From: a virus
Taxonomy: Duplodnaviria > Caudoviricetes
Length of the DNA: 64,000 nucleotides
IMG/VR virus record: IMGVR_UViG_3300013121_000033
Location: 96,001-160,000 of that record
Direction: 5' to 3' (one strand)
Under the pieces are notes generated by a model. The model was not told where the DNA came from and did not search any database. It saw only the letters and a list, made by a program, of their open reading frames with translations. Shown piece by piece: positions 34,600 through 44,183 of this stretch (positions are counted from its first letter, which is position 1; every line of letters starts with the position of its first letter). A program made the position numbers and the translations under genes.

Positions 34600-37500
34600 C
34601 GGAACAACGGGATGACGTTGCCGCCATCATCATCGCCTTCGTCGGGTTCGGCGGGCGTCGTAGGGATCGGTTCCCCCGCCTGTTCCAACACGGCACGAGC
34701 GAGCATCTTGACGCGGTCGGCGTCGACCTCCATGAGCGGCGTGATCCGCTCGATCGACGGGTCCTCGATCGGTTCCGCCTGCTGCTTCTTCACTCCCAAC
34801 ACCTCGATCATCGGCAGGTCGGACCCGACATCGGACGTAAGGAAGTACGCGAGGACCGGATGGTTCTCCTGACCGGGCCGATTCAATCGGCCAATGCACT
34901 GCGCATGCATCGACGGTGTCCAGTCGAGTTCGCCGAACACGCCGACGTGGCAGACGTCTTGGAGCCCGTTGAGCCCGGCACCGGACCGCAAGCTCATGAT
35001 GAACACGGCGGAGCCGCCTTCGTTGTTCGGGCGGCGGAACCTGTCGAGAGCGTCGCGTTTCTGTGTGTCCGACTCTGCACCAGTGAACTTGACCGGCCGA
35101 TGCTTCGCCAACCGTTCCATCCAGATGTCGTAGCACGCGTGGTGCCATCCCCAGAGGACGACTTTGTCGACCGATTCGAGTAGTAGCTCAACGAACGCTG
35201 CGACGTATGGGGCCTTCGCGATGCCGGTTGCTTGGCGGAGGCGGACGTCCAACTCGCCTGCGGCCTGCCACCGGTCCGTCGTGGGTGTCTCTTGGGAGAG
35301 GATGAACCGGGCGAGTTCCGCGGCGTTGCCGGAGAGTTGGTCGTAGACGTCGATGTCGTGGTCGACGACCTGTTCGATGCGGAGCGGTTCGATCCCGGGG
35401 AGTTTCACCCCGACCATGACCCCGGAGTCCCGGAGGAACGAACCGAGCGCAGCGGGGTTGGCGACACGGGGCTTGCCGCCGTAACTCGACCCGCACCATT
35501 CGCGCAGGAACTCGTGTCGTTCGCCGAGCGCGTCGGGGCGGACGATGCTGTAAATCTCCCAGAGGTCGCCGCCGTAGTTCGTTACTGGTGTCGCGGTGTT
35601 GTGGACGAGCACTCCGTCAGCGACGAACGAGGGGTGTCCTACCATCTCTAGGTCGTACACCACGTCCGGGCTTTCGAGGTCGGCCTCAACTGAGCGGACA
35701 GCGGCTTCTTTGAGCTTGTTTCGCCCCCAGTCGTATCTGACTCGGTTACCTCGCCAACCGAAATTGTCGCCGGACTCGGCATGCGCTGACCAGTTGACTG
35801 AGAACGCGTTTCTTGTCCCTACGATCTTCCGTCCATGGGCGTCAGCCCCGCCCGCTCCTGTCCCGGTCCGGCAAGACAGGCTGCCTTGGGCGCCCAAGCT
35901 TCGGAGCAGGCTGAGCAGGGACGTGGCGAGGGGTTTCGAGACGGTCGTGTAGTACCGACGACCGTCTCGACCCACACTGCCGTCGCTATCAACCAGTCCT
36001 CGGAGTAGTTCGCGACGAGCCGTTTCGGGCCACGAGATGATCCACTCACCTGGGATGAACTTGTCGTAGCAGTTGGCGCCTCTGGTCGTGCGGCGCAGCA
36101 TCTCGGAGAACAGAGGATGACTGAATCGCACTTCGACGCTTCGGCCGTTGCCCGGCCGCAACTTGGGTTCGAGGGCGACATGTGGCAGGTTGGCGACCAT
36201 GTCCATCATGTGCTCAGCAAGGGCGTCCTCGACGGCGAGCCCGACGCGGGTGCCGTCCAACCAGCCGTCGCCGAGGTAGAAGCCCAAGAGGTAGGCCCAG
36301 TCGCTCAAGTTCACAGATGCGGCGATCCATCGGTGCCCCCGACCGATGCCCTGGTATGCGCCGGTCGGCGGAGGGAGAAGTGCCGCATGTTGGCGGTAGA
36401 TGTCGGCTGGCAGACGGGGGCCGAACTTGGCTTCTTTGTGGAAGTTCTGCCATTGCCACGCTGTGACGCCGATGTCGTGTCGGGTGATACCAGCGGTGTC
36501 GACGACGACTTGGCCTCGGACGAGGTCGGCAGCAAGGTCGGCGAAATCGAAGGGCTGTTCCGCTACGGCAGCCCAGCCGTTCCCGTCGTCGCCAGCGAGC
36601 CGGTCCCCGGGGGTGAGCCCGTCAGCGCGGACAAGGTCGAGCCCGCGAGCGGCAACGCGGTACACAGAGTGTTCATCGGTGAGCGTAAGGCGACCACTCG
36701 GAACGCGGAGCGTCGTCGTGGTGGTGTCGCACCGGTGGCGGAGGAAGGTGCGAACTGGCTTCCAGCCGAACCTCTCCCCAGTCCACCCCCGCGACCTGAC
36801 ATCAAGGTGTTCCACTCGAAACAGTTCGTGGATGCCCCAACATTCTGGCGCCACTTCTTTCGCCACAAGTCGCGTCGCTTCCTCGATAGTCCCTACCCAC
36901 CCCGTGCCGAACGGACCACCTATCATCTCGACCACGCTGTCTGGACCGACGCTCAGGCCGACGACGTAGTTGGCTTTGTCGGCGATCGTCGCGGCGGCGG
37001 TGCCTTTCACGGTCGAGGTGCCGTTGCGGAGTTCCTGGACTTCGTCGAACACGACGGAACGGATCGCCCCTGCGAGATGCTGCGACCAGCCGCCGAGCTT
37101 CGAGTAGGTCGTGACGTACACGTCGGGTGGCCGGACGTGGCGTCGTCCGAGCCGGGTGCGCATCGGGTCGTACGGTGTGCCCTTCGTGACGACGTGGACG
37201 TGGAAGTCGGGCCACGTCGCCTTGATCTCGTTGTACCACTGGTGTTGGAGGTGGGGGGCGGCGACCACCAGGCCGGGGAGGGCGTCCGGGTTCCGGAACG
37301 TGAGCGACCCGCTATAGGACTTACCGGCTCCGAGTGAATCGGTGATGAGTAGCCGCTTGACGACCGAGACGATGTCGGCGTTCGTCCGCTGGTGATCCCA
37401 TCGTGGGGCGCGGGCCGGGATGCGGAAGTCGCCGTCGACGGGGTGTCCAGCGAAGATCGAGACGATCTGGTCGCCGATCCATCGTTGCCGGTCGGCTACC

Positions 37501-37721
37501 GCGGTCAGGTGCGCTAGGTCGTCGGCGCCGACGTCAAGCGGCCAGCGGATCAGGGACCACTCGATGTCGAGCGCGACATCGTCGGACTCGGCGACAACGA
37601 TCGTCCCGGAACGAGTCGCTAACGCTCGTGGGAACAGGCGCTTGAGACGGACCGCGACGTGTGGTTCGACGTCGAACACCCAATAGGTGTCCTCGCGGGT
37701 GAGGGTCCCGTAGGTGCGCAT
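34596..37721 (-). CDS. SNF2-like SF2 helicase containing an intein
   Basis: DSLGAGKS, VFDEVQELR, L|TATP, SLRSGAGLNGLQ, QCIGRLNRPGQ. Confidence 0.9.
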   Translation of the reverse strand: MRTYGTLTREDTYWVFDVEPHVAVRLKRLFPRALATRSGTIVVAESDDVALDIEWSLIRWPLDVGADDLAHLTAVADRQRWIGDQIVSIFAGHPVDGDFRIPARAPRWDHQRTNADIVSVVKRLLITDSLGAGKSYSGSLTFRNPDALPGLVVAAPHLQHQWYNEIKATWPDFHVHVVTKGTPYDPMRTRLGRRHVRPPDVYVTTYSKLGGWSQHLAGAIRSVVFDEVQELRNGTSTVKGTAAATIADKANYVVGLSVGPDSVVEMIGGPFGTGWVGTIEEATRLVAKEVAPECWGIHELFRVEHLDVRSRGWTGERFGWKPVRTFLRHRCDTTTTTLRVPSGRLTLTDEHSVYRVAARGLDLVRADGLTPGDRLAGDDGNGWAAVAEQPFDFADLAADLVRGQVVVDTAGITRHDIGVTAWQWQNFHKEAKFGPRLPADIYRQHAALLPPPTGAYQGIGRGHRWIAASVNLSDWAYLLGFYLGDGWLDGTRVGLAVEDALAEHMMDMVANLPHVALEPKLRPGNGRSVEVRFSHPLFSEMLRRTTRGANCYDKFIPGEWIISWPETARRELLRGLVDSDGSVGRDGRRYYTTVSKPLATSLLSLLRSLGAQGSLSCRTGTGAGGADAHGRKIVGTRNAFSVNWSAHAESGDNFGWRGNRVRYDWGRNKLKEAAVRSVEADLESPDVVYDLEMVGHPSFVADGVLVHNTATPVTNYGGDLWEIYSIVRPDALGERHEFLREWCGSSYGGKPRVANPAALGSFLRDSGVMVGVKLPGIEPLRIEQVVDHDIDVYDQLSGNAAELARFILSQETPTTDRWQAAGELDVRLRQATGIAKAPYVAAFVELLLESVDKVVLWGWHHACYDIWMERLAKHRPVKFTGAESDTQKRDALDRFRRPNNEGGSAVFIMSLRSGAGLNGLQDVCHVGVFGELDWTPSMHAQCIGRLNRPGQENHPVLAYFLTSDVGSDLPMIEVLGVKKQQAEPIEDPSIERITPLMEVDADRVKMLARAVLEQAGEPIPTTPAEPDEGDDDGGNVIPLFR
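35598..36953 (-). mobile_element. Intein (452 aa) with LAGLIDADG homing endonuclease
   Basis: Starts Ser (SVGPDSVV), TDEHSV block B, LLGFYLGDG and LRGLVDSDG, ends FVADGVLVHN followed by Thr+1; removal restores VVGL-TATP. Confidence 0.92.
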
Positions 37722-37738
37722 GCGGGCGGCGATGCTAC

Positions 37739-38335
37739 CTACAACCCGCCGCCGACATAGATGACGGTGAGGGTGCAGGGGCCGACCGTTCCGGGGAGAC
37801 GCCGGTGCGTGACGCGGGTCGTGACAACGACCAGGTCGGTGAGCCGCGGGTCCTTCGAGTAGCGGAGTAGCTGCGCGAGTAGCGTCGTGTCCGACCCTTT
37901 GACCTTCACCTCGACGCCGACGGTGCCGTCGACGACGAAGTCGATGCGGTCCCTCGGGGTGAGGCGCACTTCGCGTTGGTAGGGGAGCGCGGCGGCGTCG
38001 AACGCTTCGGCGAGCCCGGCTTGGAGGTCGTGTTCGCTGGCGTAGCTGTACTTCCACGAGCGCACCGCGGCGACGACCGCCGCACGGGGGTCACCGGCGA
38101 GGTGGGCGGGCCGGTGGGTGTCGTCGACGTACGCGCCATAGATCGACGCGACCGACCGGCGGAAGTCGATCCAGTCGGACAGGGTGGTCGGCCCGGGGCG
38201 GCAGTCGAGGCACCCGTCCGCCGTGGCGGTGTGGATGTCGACGCCGAGCAGTGAGAACCGGGCGACGGTGTACCCGTCCGGGGAGTCGACCCACACGGTA
38301 CGACCATCGGACCGGATCAGAGGGTCGATCGCCAC
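37739..38335 (-). CDS. PD-(D/E)XK nuclease-like protein
   Basis: SEHDLQ..YQREV..RIDFVV..VGVEVK. Confidence 0.7.
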   Translation of the reverse strand: MAIDPLIRSDGRTVWVDSPDGYTVARFSLLGVDIHTATADGCLDCRPGPTTLSDWIDFRRSVASIYGAYVDDTHRPAHLAGDPRAAVVAAVRSWKYSYASEHDLQAGLAEAFDAAALPYQREVRLTPRDRIDFVVDGTVGVEVKVKGSDTTLLAQLLRYSKDPRLTDLVVVTTRVTHRRLPGTVGPCTLTVIYVGGGL

Positions 38336-38679
38336 GCTTCCTCACGTTCGGGGAGGTCTGCGACGGGATGGTCGCCGCCGTGGCGGAGCAGGCCGTCGAT
38401 GAACGCGTTGGCAGCATCGACCTGCGCGGCGAGGGCGACGTTCTCGGCTTCGAGTTCGGAGTAGGTGGCGCACCACCGTGCGAGTAGGTTCGCCGCGGTT
38501 TGGAGGGCGTCGGCGGCGTCACGGCGACAGCGGGCTTCGTCGGTGAAGGTGGAACGGTGGCCGAAGCCGCCCATCACGTCCACCTTGGCGGCGACGTCGC
38601 GCAGCGTCGCCGTGATCGTTGTCGTAGCGGCCTCGGTGAGAGGGTCCGCCGCCACGATCCGGTCGGTCGTGTTGGTCAT
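38317..38679 (-). CDS. Hypothetical protein
   Basis: ATGA-coupled MTNTTDR. Confidence 0.6.
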   Translation of the reverse strand: MTNTTDRIVAADPLTEAATTTITATLRDVAAKVDVMGGFGHRSTFTDEARCRRDAADALQTAANLLARWCATYSELEAENVALAAQVDAANAFIDGLLRHGGDHPVADLPEREEAWRSTL

Positions 38680-39149
38680 GGCACTCTCGCTTCCGGGCAG
38701 ACGGCGCACAGCGCCTCGTACCGTTCCGGGGTCCACGAACCGAACTCGGATTCGGGGTCGACGCCGTACAGGTCGGTGACGCCGAGCGGGAGCGACGGGA
38801 CCCGCTGGTCCTCGGCGATCTCGCCGCTGAGCCACGCTACGGGGACCTCCCAGTCGGCGTACCCCTGTCCACGTCCCGTCTCTGCGAACTGGCGGTAGAC
38901 GTCGGGGTGGCGGCGGATCATCGCTGCGAGGTCGCAGGTCACGTCGATCTCGACGGTGACGCGGCCGTCGAGACGGAACGAGCCGGGCGGGTTGCACTCG
39001 GGGCAGGCGCACGGTTCACCGTGACCCGATTCACAGCGGTGAACCCATCGTCCTCCGTGCGGCGGGGGGTCGCGTTCCTCGGCGTAGCGGCAGGACTGGC
39101 ACCACGTCTCGATCGGCGGGGGGCCAGGGTCGAACAGGTGGTCAGACAT
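38676..39149 (-). CDS. Hypothetical protein, Cys-rich N-terminus
   Basis: CQSC, HRC, CACPEC. Confidence 0.65.
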   Translation of the reverse strand: MSDHLFDPGPPPIETWCQSCRYAEERDPPPHGGRWVHRCESGHGEPCACPECNPPGSFRLDGRVTVEIDVTCDLAAMIRRHPDVYRQFAETGRGQGYADWEVPVAWLSGEIAEDQRVPSLPLGVTDLYGVDPESEFGSWTPERYEALCAVCPEARVP

Positions 39150-39669
39150 CGGCGGGGTCCAGGCGGGTCAGGTCGGAGTCGGACAGCAGGACCCGGTGGT
39201 GGCCTCCGGCCGGGTCGGTGACCTCGACGTCGGTGCCGCCCCGGCCGCGGTCGATCACCTGGCCGACCGATCCGGCGAGATATGCCGGGGTGTAGGCGTC
39301 GCTGATCTTGACGGGAGTGCCGACCATGAACGGGTGGTAGATGCCGTCGGGTGTCTCGTCGTCGTCCAGGGAGCACCAGCCGCCGTCAGCGTCGGCGACC
39401 TCGATGATCGTCATGTTCGAGTAGTCGGGCTTGATCCGGTTGTGGAACTGGAACAGGTCGTACGCCACGAGGACGGCGTCGAGTCGCTTCGCGGTGTCGT
39501 AGTCGGGGACACCGACCGCGAACGCCGGTCCGGGGACCTGCGGGATGTGGAGGACACGGATCGCGCCGGGGACGCCCGGCGCGTCCGTGTCGACGTACGC
39601 GCCGAGGCCGTCGGTGGCGTCGAGCACTCGACGCCACGCCTGGTCTGACGGGTTGGGGGTGTCGGTCAT
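39142..39669 (-). CDS. Hypothetical protein
   Basis: HIPQVP..YDLFQF.NRIKPDYSN conserved phage-like motif; C-terminal SH3-like segment. Confidence 0.7.
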   Translation of the reverse strand: MTDTPNPSDQAWRRVLDATDGLGAYVDTDAPGVPGAIRVLHIPQVPGPAFAVGVPDYDTAKRLDAVLVAYDLFQFHNRIKPDYSNMTIIEVADADGGWCSLDDDETPDGIYHPFMVGTPVKISDAYTPAYLAGSVGQVIDRGRGGTDVEVTDPAGGHHRVLLSDSDLTRLDPADV

Positions 39670-39681
39670 CGTTCGGGCCTT

Positions 39682-40311
39682 TCAGGGGGTCGGGTTGGGG
39701 TCGGTGACCCCGAGCGCGACGGACGCGACGAACGTCCCGTCGGCAGGGTGGTCGCCGTGGTCGCTGTCCCACAGGATCGTGTTGCCCCGGGTGCCGTACG
39801 TCTCGATCTCCCACGCTCCGCCGAGCGAGGAGCCGGGGTTCCACCAGGCGGCGAACCCTTCGGGGTCGACGCCGTTCTCGACGTCGGGGGCGTTGTGGAC
39901 GGCGCGGACCTCGACATGCGGGGTCGAGTAGACGGTGGACATCGCGACGGTGACGTGCCACGTCCGCCGCTCGGGGTCACGTTCGGTGAGGGTCCGGGCG
40001 ACGTGCGGGACAGCGGCGACGGTGACCGCGATCTGCGGTTCGCAGAACCCGAGCGGGTCGCTGTCGTTGTGCTCGACGAACAGGCGGCGGGCGGACGGAC
40101 CGAAGTAGCCGATGACCTGGCCGTTGTAGGTGCCGATCACCGAGTCGTTGCGGATGCCGACGCTCGGGTCTGCCGGGTCGACCTCGGCGTCGCGGAGGAC
40201 CGCCCCGGCGGGGAGGAACACGGACGGTTCCCGGTCCGGGTCGACCGGGTCGTCGGGACCGGGGTCGACGTTGTCGTAGAACGCGACGGGTTCGAGCAGT
40301 CGCAGGTCCAT
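39682..40311 (-). CDS. Hypothetical protein
   Basis: AAGGAGG RBS; TGATG coupling. Confidence 0.65.
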   Translation of the reverse strand: MDLRLLEPVAFYDNVDPGPDDPVDPDREPSVFLPAGAVLRDAEVDPADPSVGIRNDSVIGTYNGQVIGYFGPSARRLFVEHNDSDPLGFCEPQIAVTVAAVPHVARTLTERDPERRTWHVTVAMSTVYSTPHVEVRAVHNAPDVENGVDPEGFAAWWNPGSSLGGAWEIETYGTRGNTILWDSDHGDHPADGTFVASVALGVTDPNPTP

Positions 40312-40448
40312 CACTTGGCCTCCTTCGGCGGATGCGCTTCCGCGGTCCATCGCGTGAGGACACTGCGGGGCCGTTGGCAAGGGCAGTGGGAGGTGCGACC
40401 ATCGAGCCAGTCGACCACGATGGGGTGGAAGTTGGTGCCGTTGTCCAT
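40311..40448 (-). CDS. Small protein MDNGTNFHP... (45 aa)
   Basis: Starts at conserved promoter copy 4; stop overlaps the next ATG; not in the ORF track. Confidence 0.6.
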   Translation of the reverse strand: MDNGTNFHPIVVDWLDGRTSHCPCQRPRSVLTRWTAEAHPPKEAK

Positions 40449-40486
40449 GCCCGCACCCTACCGTCACGTTATGGTCACGTCAACAC
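40437..40486 (-). promoter_or_regulatory. Conserved promoter/operator, copy 4
   Basis: TTGACG-17-TAGGGT-6-ATGGACAACGGC. Confidence 0.8.
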
Positions 40487-40873
40487 CGTGGCGAGGTGGA
40501 GCATCCCGGACTCGGGGGCGTTCTCGCAGACCCGGACGATCAGGTCTGAGTCGCCGAGCCTGATCCAGCCGTGCCGCTGGTACCAGGCGTGCAGCGACGT
40601 CGCGTCGAGTCCCCCGTGTTCCTCGTCGAGTGGGAGGACCGCGGCGTACAGGTGACGCCGGTAGCGGTCCGCCCAAGTATGGACCTCGGCGAGTAGCGCT
40701 GTGCCGTGCCCGCGGCCGCGGTCGTCGGGTGCGGTGAACACGAGGACGAGGCATCCGAGATGGGGGTGTTCGACCTGAACGGCGGCGTGGCCGTGGACGG
40801 TGGTGAACGTCTCGACGTCGAGCGGGCGCGGTTTGGGGAGAAGGTCACCTTTGTTGATCCCGGTCATCTTCAT
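40475..40873 (-). CDS. GNAT-family acetyltransferase
   Basis: VFTAPDDRGRGHGTALL acetyl-CoA motif; LHAWYQRHGW. Confidence 0.8.
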   Translation of the reverse strand: MKMTGINKGDLLPKPRPLDVETFTTVHGHAAVQVEHPHLGCLVLVFTAPDDRGRGHGTALLAEVHTWADRYRRHLYAAVLPLDEEHGGLDATSLHAWYQRHGWIRLGDSDLIVRVCENAPESGMLHLATVLT

Positions 40874-41196
40874 GACCCACCCCCGAGCGCCGACGCGGTA
40901 GCGGGCGGTGGAGTCATCCGGTCCCATTCGTCCTGGTCCGGCCAGAAGATGATCCCCGGCTGGATCAACGCGACCCGCCCCTCGGCTACGAGGCGGTCCC
41001 GATAGTTTTCCGCTCCCTTCTCGGAGCGGAACTCCCGGGTTCGTTCACCCTTCACGACCCACGGTTCGGTCCGGTCGCCGAGAACACCGACCACTTCGAC
41101 CACCCGCCAGATCGACCTGATGCGCGGCAGGTTGTAGCGGTCCGAGAGGATCGGTTTGCCATCGAACCAGGCGGCGAGGTCACCGGGGACCGTCAC
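40870..41196 (-). CDS. Hypothetical protein
   Basis: GTGA coupling; GAGGAG RBS. Confidence 0.6.
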   Translation of the reverse strand: MTVPGDLAAWFDGKPILSDRYNLPRIRSIWRVVEVVGVLGDRTEPWVVKGERTREFRSEKGAENYRDRLVAEGRVALIQPGIIFWPDQDEWDRMTPPPATASALGGGS

Positions 41197-41939
41197 GACC
41201 GCTCCTCGGACGGCCACACCTGGACGCCGTCGGTGTTCCACGCCCGGTACAGGCGGTCGGCTTCGATCTTGCCGGAGCAGCCCAACTCGGCCCACGAGAC
41301 GGTCTTGCGGTTGACCTTGGTTACGGTCCACTTCCGGCGGCGGCCGTCCTTGTACCACTCCTCGACCGTGAACCCGGGGGCCAGCAGGTCGAGCGGGACG
41401 GGCGTCGCTTCGGCGACAGCGGCCCGGTGCTCGATGCGCCGTTCGGCGGCCTCGGCGCGCCGTGCGAACGTCTTGGCGTCGTCGCCTGCCTGGACGATCG
41501 TGCTCAGCGCCCGGTCCATGCGGTCGAGGTCGCGGCGGTGGCGGCGCTCGGAGTGGTGGCCGACGAGGATGGGCTGCCCGATCGGGATGGCGTCGCCGAT
41601 CTGACGGAACGTCGCTTCGGCGGCGTCGCGGGTGGCGGTGGCGGCTTCGGCTCGGGCCTGGTTGCGGGCGGCGATTGCAGCGTCGCGTTCGTCGGCGTCG
41701 CGGTCGTCCGCTGCGGCTTCGCCGGTGACGGTGGCGCCGTGGGCGGCGGCGATCTGCTCGGCTCGCCACTGGACCGTCTCGGGGCGGATGTTGCGTGCCC
41801 AGACGTAGCAGCCGCGGCGAGGGGACCAGACGAGGCCGTAGCTGCGCCAGTTGACGCCGTCGCCCTTGCTGGTTCCGTGGAGGGTGCGCTCGGTGAGGTC
41901 GATGACCAACTCCGGGTCGGTCGTGGTGTCGTTGTCCAT
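41193..41939 (-). CDS. DUF3560-domain protein
   Basis: IPIGQPILVGHHSERRHRRD signature. Confidence 0.8.
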   Translation of the reverse strand: MDNDTTTDPELVIDLTERTLHGTSKGDGVNWRSYGLVWSPRRGCYVWARNIRPETVQWRAEQIAAAHGATVTGEAAADDRDADERDAAIAARNQARAEAATATRDAAEATFRQIGDAIPIGQPILVGHHSERRHRRDLDRMDRALSTIVQAGDDAKTFARRAEAAERRIEHRAAVAEATPVPLDLLAPGFTVEEWYKDGRRRKWTVTKVNRKTVSWAELGCSGKIEADRLYRAWNTDGVQVWPSEERS

Positions 41940-41978
41940 GGACACACCATACCCGCCACGTTGTTGTCACGTCAACAC
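41928..41978 (-). promoter_or_regulatory. Conserved promoter/operator, copy 5
   Basis: TTGACG-18-TATGGT-6-ATGGACAACGAC. Confidence 0.8.
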
Positions 41979-41980
41979 GG

Positions 41981-44107
41981 CTAGTAGATGCCGCCGCTGC
42001 CAGCCCCGGTCATGCGTCGGGGGCCTCGGACGATCTCGCCGCCTAGTGGCAGCCCGCAACGCACGATCCAACTAGCACCGTTCAACGTCGCAGCGACGGG
42101 GAGGACGATGGTCATAGCCACCCATGTGATCGCGTCGTTCGAAAACTGGATCACCCAGTTGGTCGACGTGGTCGAGATGTTCTCCATGCGGTAGAACGCG
42201 CCGTCGGCCGCCATCGGCCGGGCGTTCCCGGCAACCGTGTCTCTGATCGTGAACACACTCGACCCGACCGTCGCAGCAGGAACAGTCAGGTACCGGTTCG
42301 TCGAGGTCGACGAGTTGAACCCGTGCAAGCCGAGCAGCTTGGAGTCCTTGGCGTACGACAGCGTCCACGACGGGTTCGTCGTGGTGATCGTCTGACCGCC
42401 GTAGTTCGCCGACGATTCGGTGAGCACCTGAGTCCAGTTGACACCGTCGGTGCTGGTGAACAGACCGCGTGTACCTGACCCGGCCGACCCGTAGCGAAGC
42501 TGGTAGAACGCCGTGTCGGTCGCGACTGTCGTCACGATACGGCTGTTCGCTACCGCGTAGAGCCCGCTGGTGAACACGAGGCCGGGGACCGTGACCTTCT
42601 GCCACCCCGCGCTCGTAAACGAGAACCAGGCGTTGAGCCACTTGGCGTAGATCGTCCCTTGAGCGGTTGTCGTTGACCACCCGGACCCGTTGGCGGACCA
42701 CTTGAAGAAGTCGCCGGTCAACTCGGCCGCGGCGAAGATGCCGCCGTCGCGGTCGGCTCTCACGGTACCGAGTTGTCGTTGGAACATCCCCTGTACGGAC
42801 GGATGCACAGTCTCCACTGTCGACCACACGGTGCCGCCGCCGGTTCGGACCTGTAGAAGTTGGTCGCGCGGCTGTGTTATCGGGCCGTAGTCGGCGTCGA
42901 TGAACGAGTTGCATGTGACAGGGAAGAGAGCGGTCCAGTTCACGCCGTCCGACGAGACGTACAGGGTCTTGGCGCTGGGCGGGACGGACGGGTAGTAGAA
43001 GCTACGGTAGAAACTGCCGTCGGCCGCAGCCTTGATGAAGCACGATCCGACGCTCGTATATGTGGCGTCGGTGGTCCAGGAGAGCCCGTCTGTCGAGTGG
43101 TAGAGGGTCTGGTTGGCGCTCGGCCCGGAGGTGGAACCTTTCGACCTGACAATCACTGAACCGTTCGACGCGATGCACTGGTTTGACCGTTGAGCGCTGG
43201 TTCCAGTCGACGTGTAGGTCCATGTCGCGCCATCGAGTGAGGTGGCGATGAAGTGGTCGTAGACGGACCCGGTGTAGACGACCCCGACTCCGACGAATCT
43301 CCCGGCGATGTAGGCGACGCCGTCCCAGTAGGGGGTCCCGGCGACGTGGTAGGTCTGCGCGACGGTCGCCCATGTTCCCGCAGCACCGTTGCTTGTCGAG
43401 CGCCACACGGCGCTTGCGTTGTTCGCTGGCACGGCGACGACGGTGCCCGTCCCGTCGTACGCGGTGTACGGGTAAAAGCCGGTGACGACGTCGGCCGCTG
43501 TCGTCATCCCAGTCGGCGCGGCTCCGGTGCCGACGACGGTGTAGGAGGCGGTGGGGTCGAGAGCGTAGATCGTGACCCACCGGTCGGTGTAGAGCATCGG
43601 GGCGAACACGGCGGTTACGCCGCCGATCTGTTGGGCGTCCCAGACGACGCCGTCAGCAGACGAGGCGAGCGCCACGATGCCTCCGCTGATGTCGTGGTAC
43701 TCGACGACCCACATGCCGTTCACATAGTTGACGCGCTGTGATCGGGCGATGCTTGCCACCCCGCCGGGGGCGTGCGTCCAGAGGGCAGCGCCGGTGGTTG
43801 GGTCGCGGTACGAGAATGCCCCGTAGAAGGTGCCGAAGCCGTCGCGGTACGGGGTGGTCGTCATGAGACGGTTCACTGGCGACGGGAAGGCGTCCCACTT
43901 CCAGCGTGCCGCTGTCCCGAGTGCTGACTTCATGGCGCCCGACCCTGCGGCGGATGCTGCGGTCACACCCTGGTCGGTGTCGGGGGAGAGGTTCTGCGCT
44001 CCGGCGGTGACGGTGCCGCCGATCTCGCCGGACGCGAAGAAGAACCGGGGCGGCACACTCCGGTTCCCTACCCCCATGTGGAACGCCTCGAAGTAGCTGG
44101 CCGCCAT
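41981..44107 (-). CDS. Putative tail fibre / receptor-binding protein with Asp-box (BNR) repeats
   Basis: Repeated S.DG..W (SADGVVW, SLDGATW, STDGLSW, SSDGVNW, STDGVNW); Ser/Thr/Gly-rich beta-propeller-like. Confidence 0.7.
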   Translation of the reverse strand: MAASYFEAFHMGVGNRSVPPRFFFASGEIGGTVTAGAQNLSPDTDQGVTAASAAGSGAMKSALGTAARWKWDAFPSPVNRLMTTTPYRDGFGTFYGAFSYRDPTTGAALWTHAPGGVASIARSQRVNYVNGMWVVEYHDISGGIVALASSADGVVWDAQQIGGVTAVFAPMLYTDRWVTIYALDPTASYTVVGTGAAPTGMTTAADVVTGFYPYTAYDGTGTVVAVPANNASAVWRSTSNGAAGTWATVAQTYHVAGTPYWDGVAYIAGRFVGVGVVYTGSVYDHFIATSLDGATWTYTSTGTSAQRSNQCIASNGSVIVRSKGSTSGPSANQTLYHSTDGLSWTTDATYTSVGSCFIKAAADGSFYRSFYYPSVPPSAKTLYVSSDGVNWTALFPVTCNSFIDADYGPITQPRDQLLQVRTGGGTVWSTVETVHPSVQGMFQRQLGTVRADRDGGIFAAAELTGDFFKWSANGSGWSTTTAQGTIYAKWLNAWFSFTSAGWQKVTVPGLVFTSGLYAVANSRIVTTVATDTAFYQLRYGSAGSGTRGLFTSTDGVNWTQVLTESSANYGGQTITTTNPSWTLSYAKDSKLLGLHGFNSSTSTNRYLTVPAATVGSSVFTIRDTVAGNARPMAADGAFYRMENISTTSTNWVIQFSNDAITWVAMTIVLPVAATLNGASWIVRCGLPLGGEIVRGPRRMTGAGSGGIY

Positions 44108-44143
44108 CCGCGCCACCCTACCCGAACGCTGTCTCAACACACA

Positions 44144-44183
44144 TGTTGACTCGCCTCAACACGCTAGTTACGGTAAGGGCATG
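44144..44183 (+). promoter_or_regulatory. Variant promoter/operator upstream of the HTH gene
   Basis: TTGACT-17-TACGGT-6-ATG; TGTTGA-N6-TCAACA inverted repeat. Confidence 0.7.
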
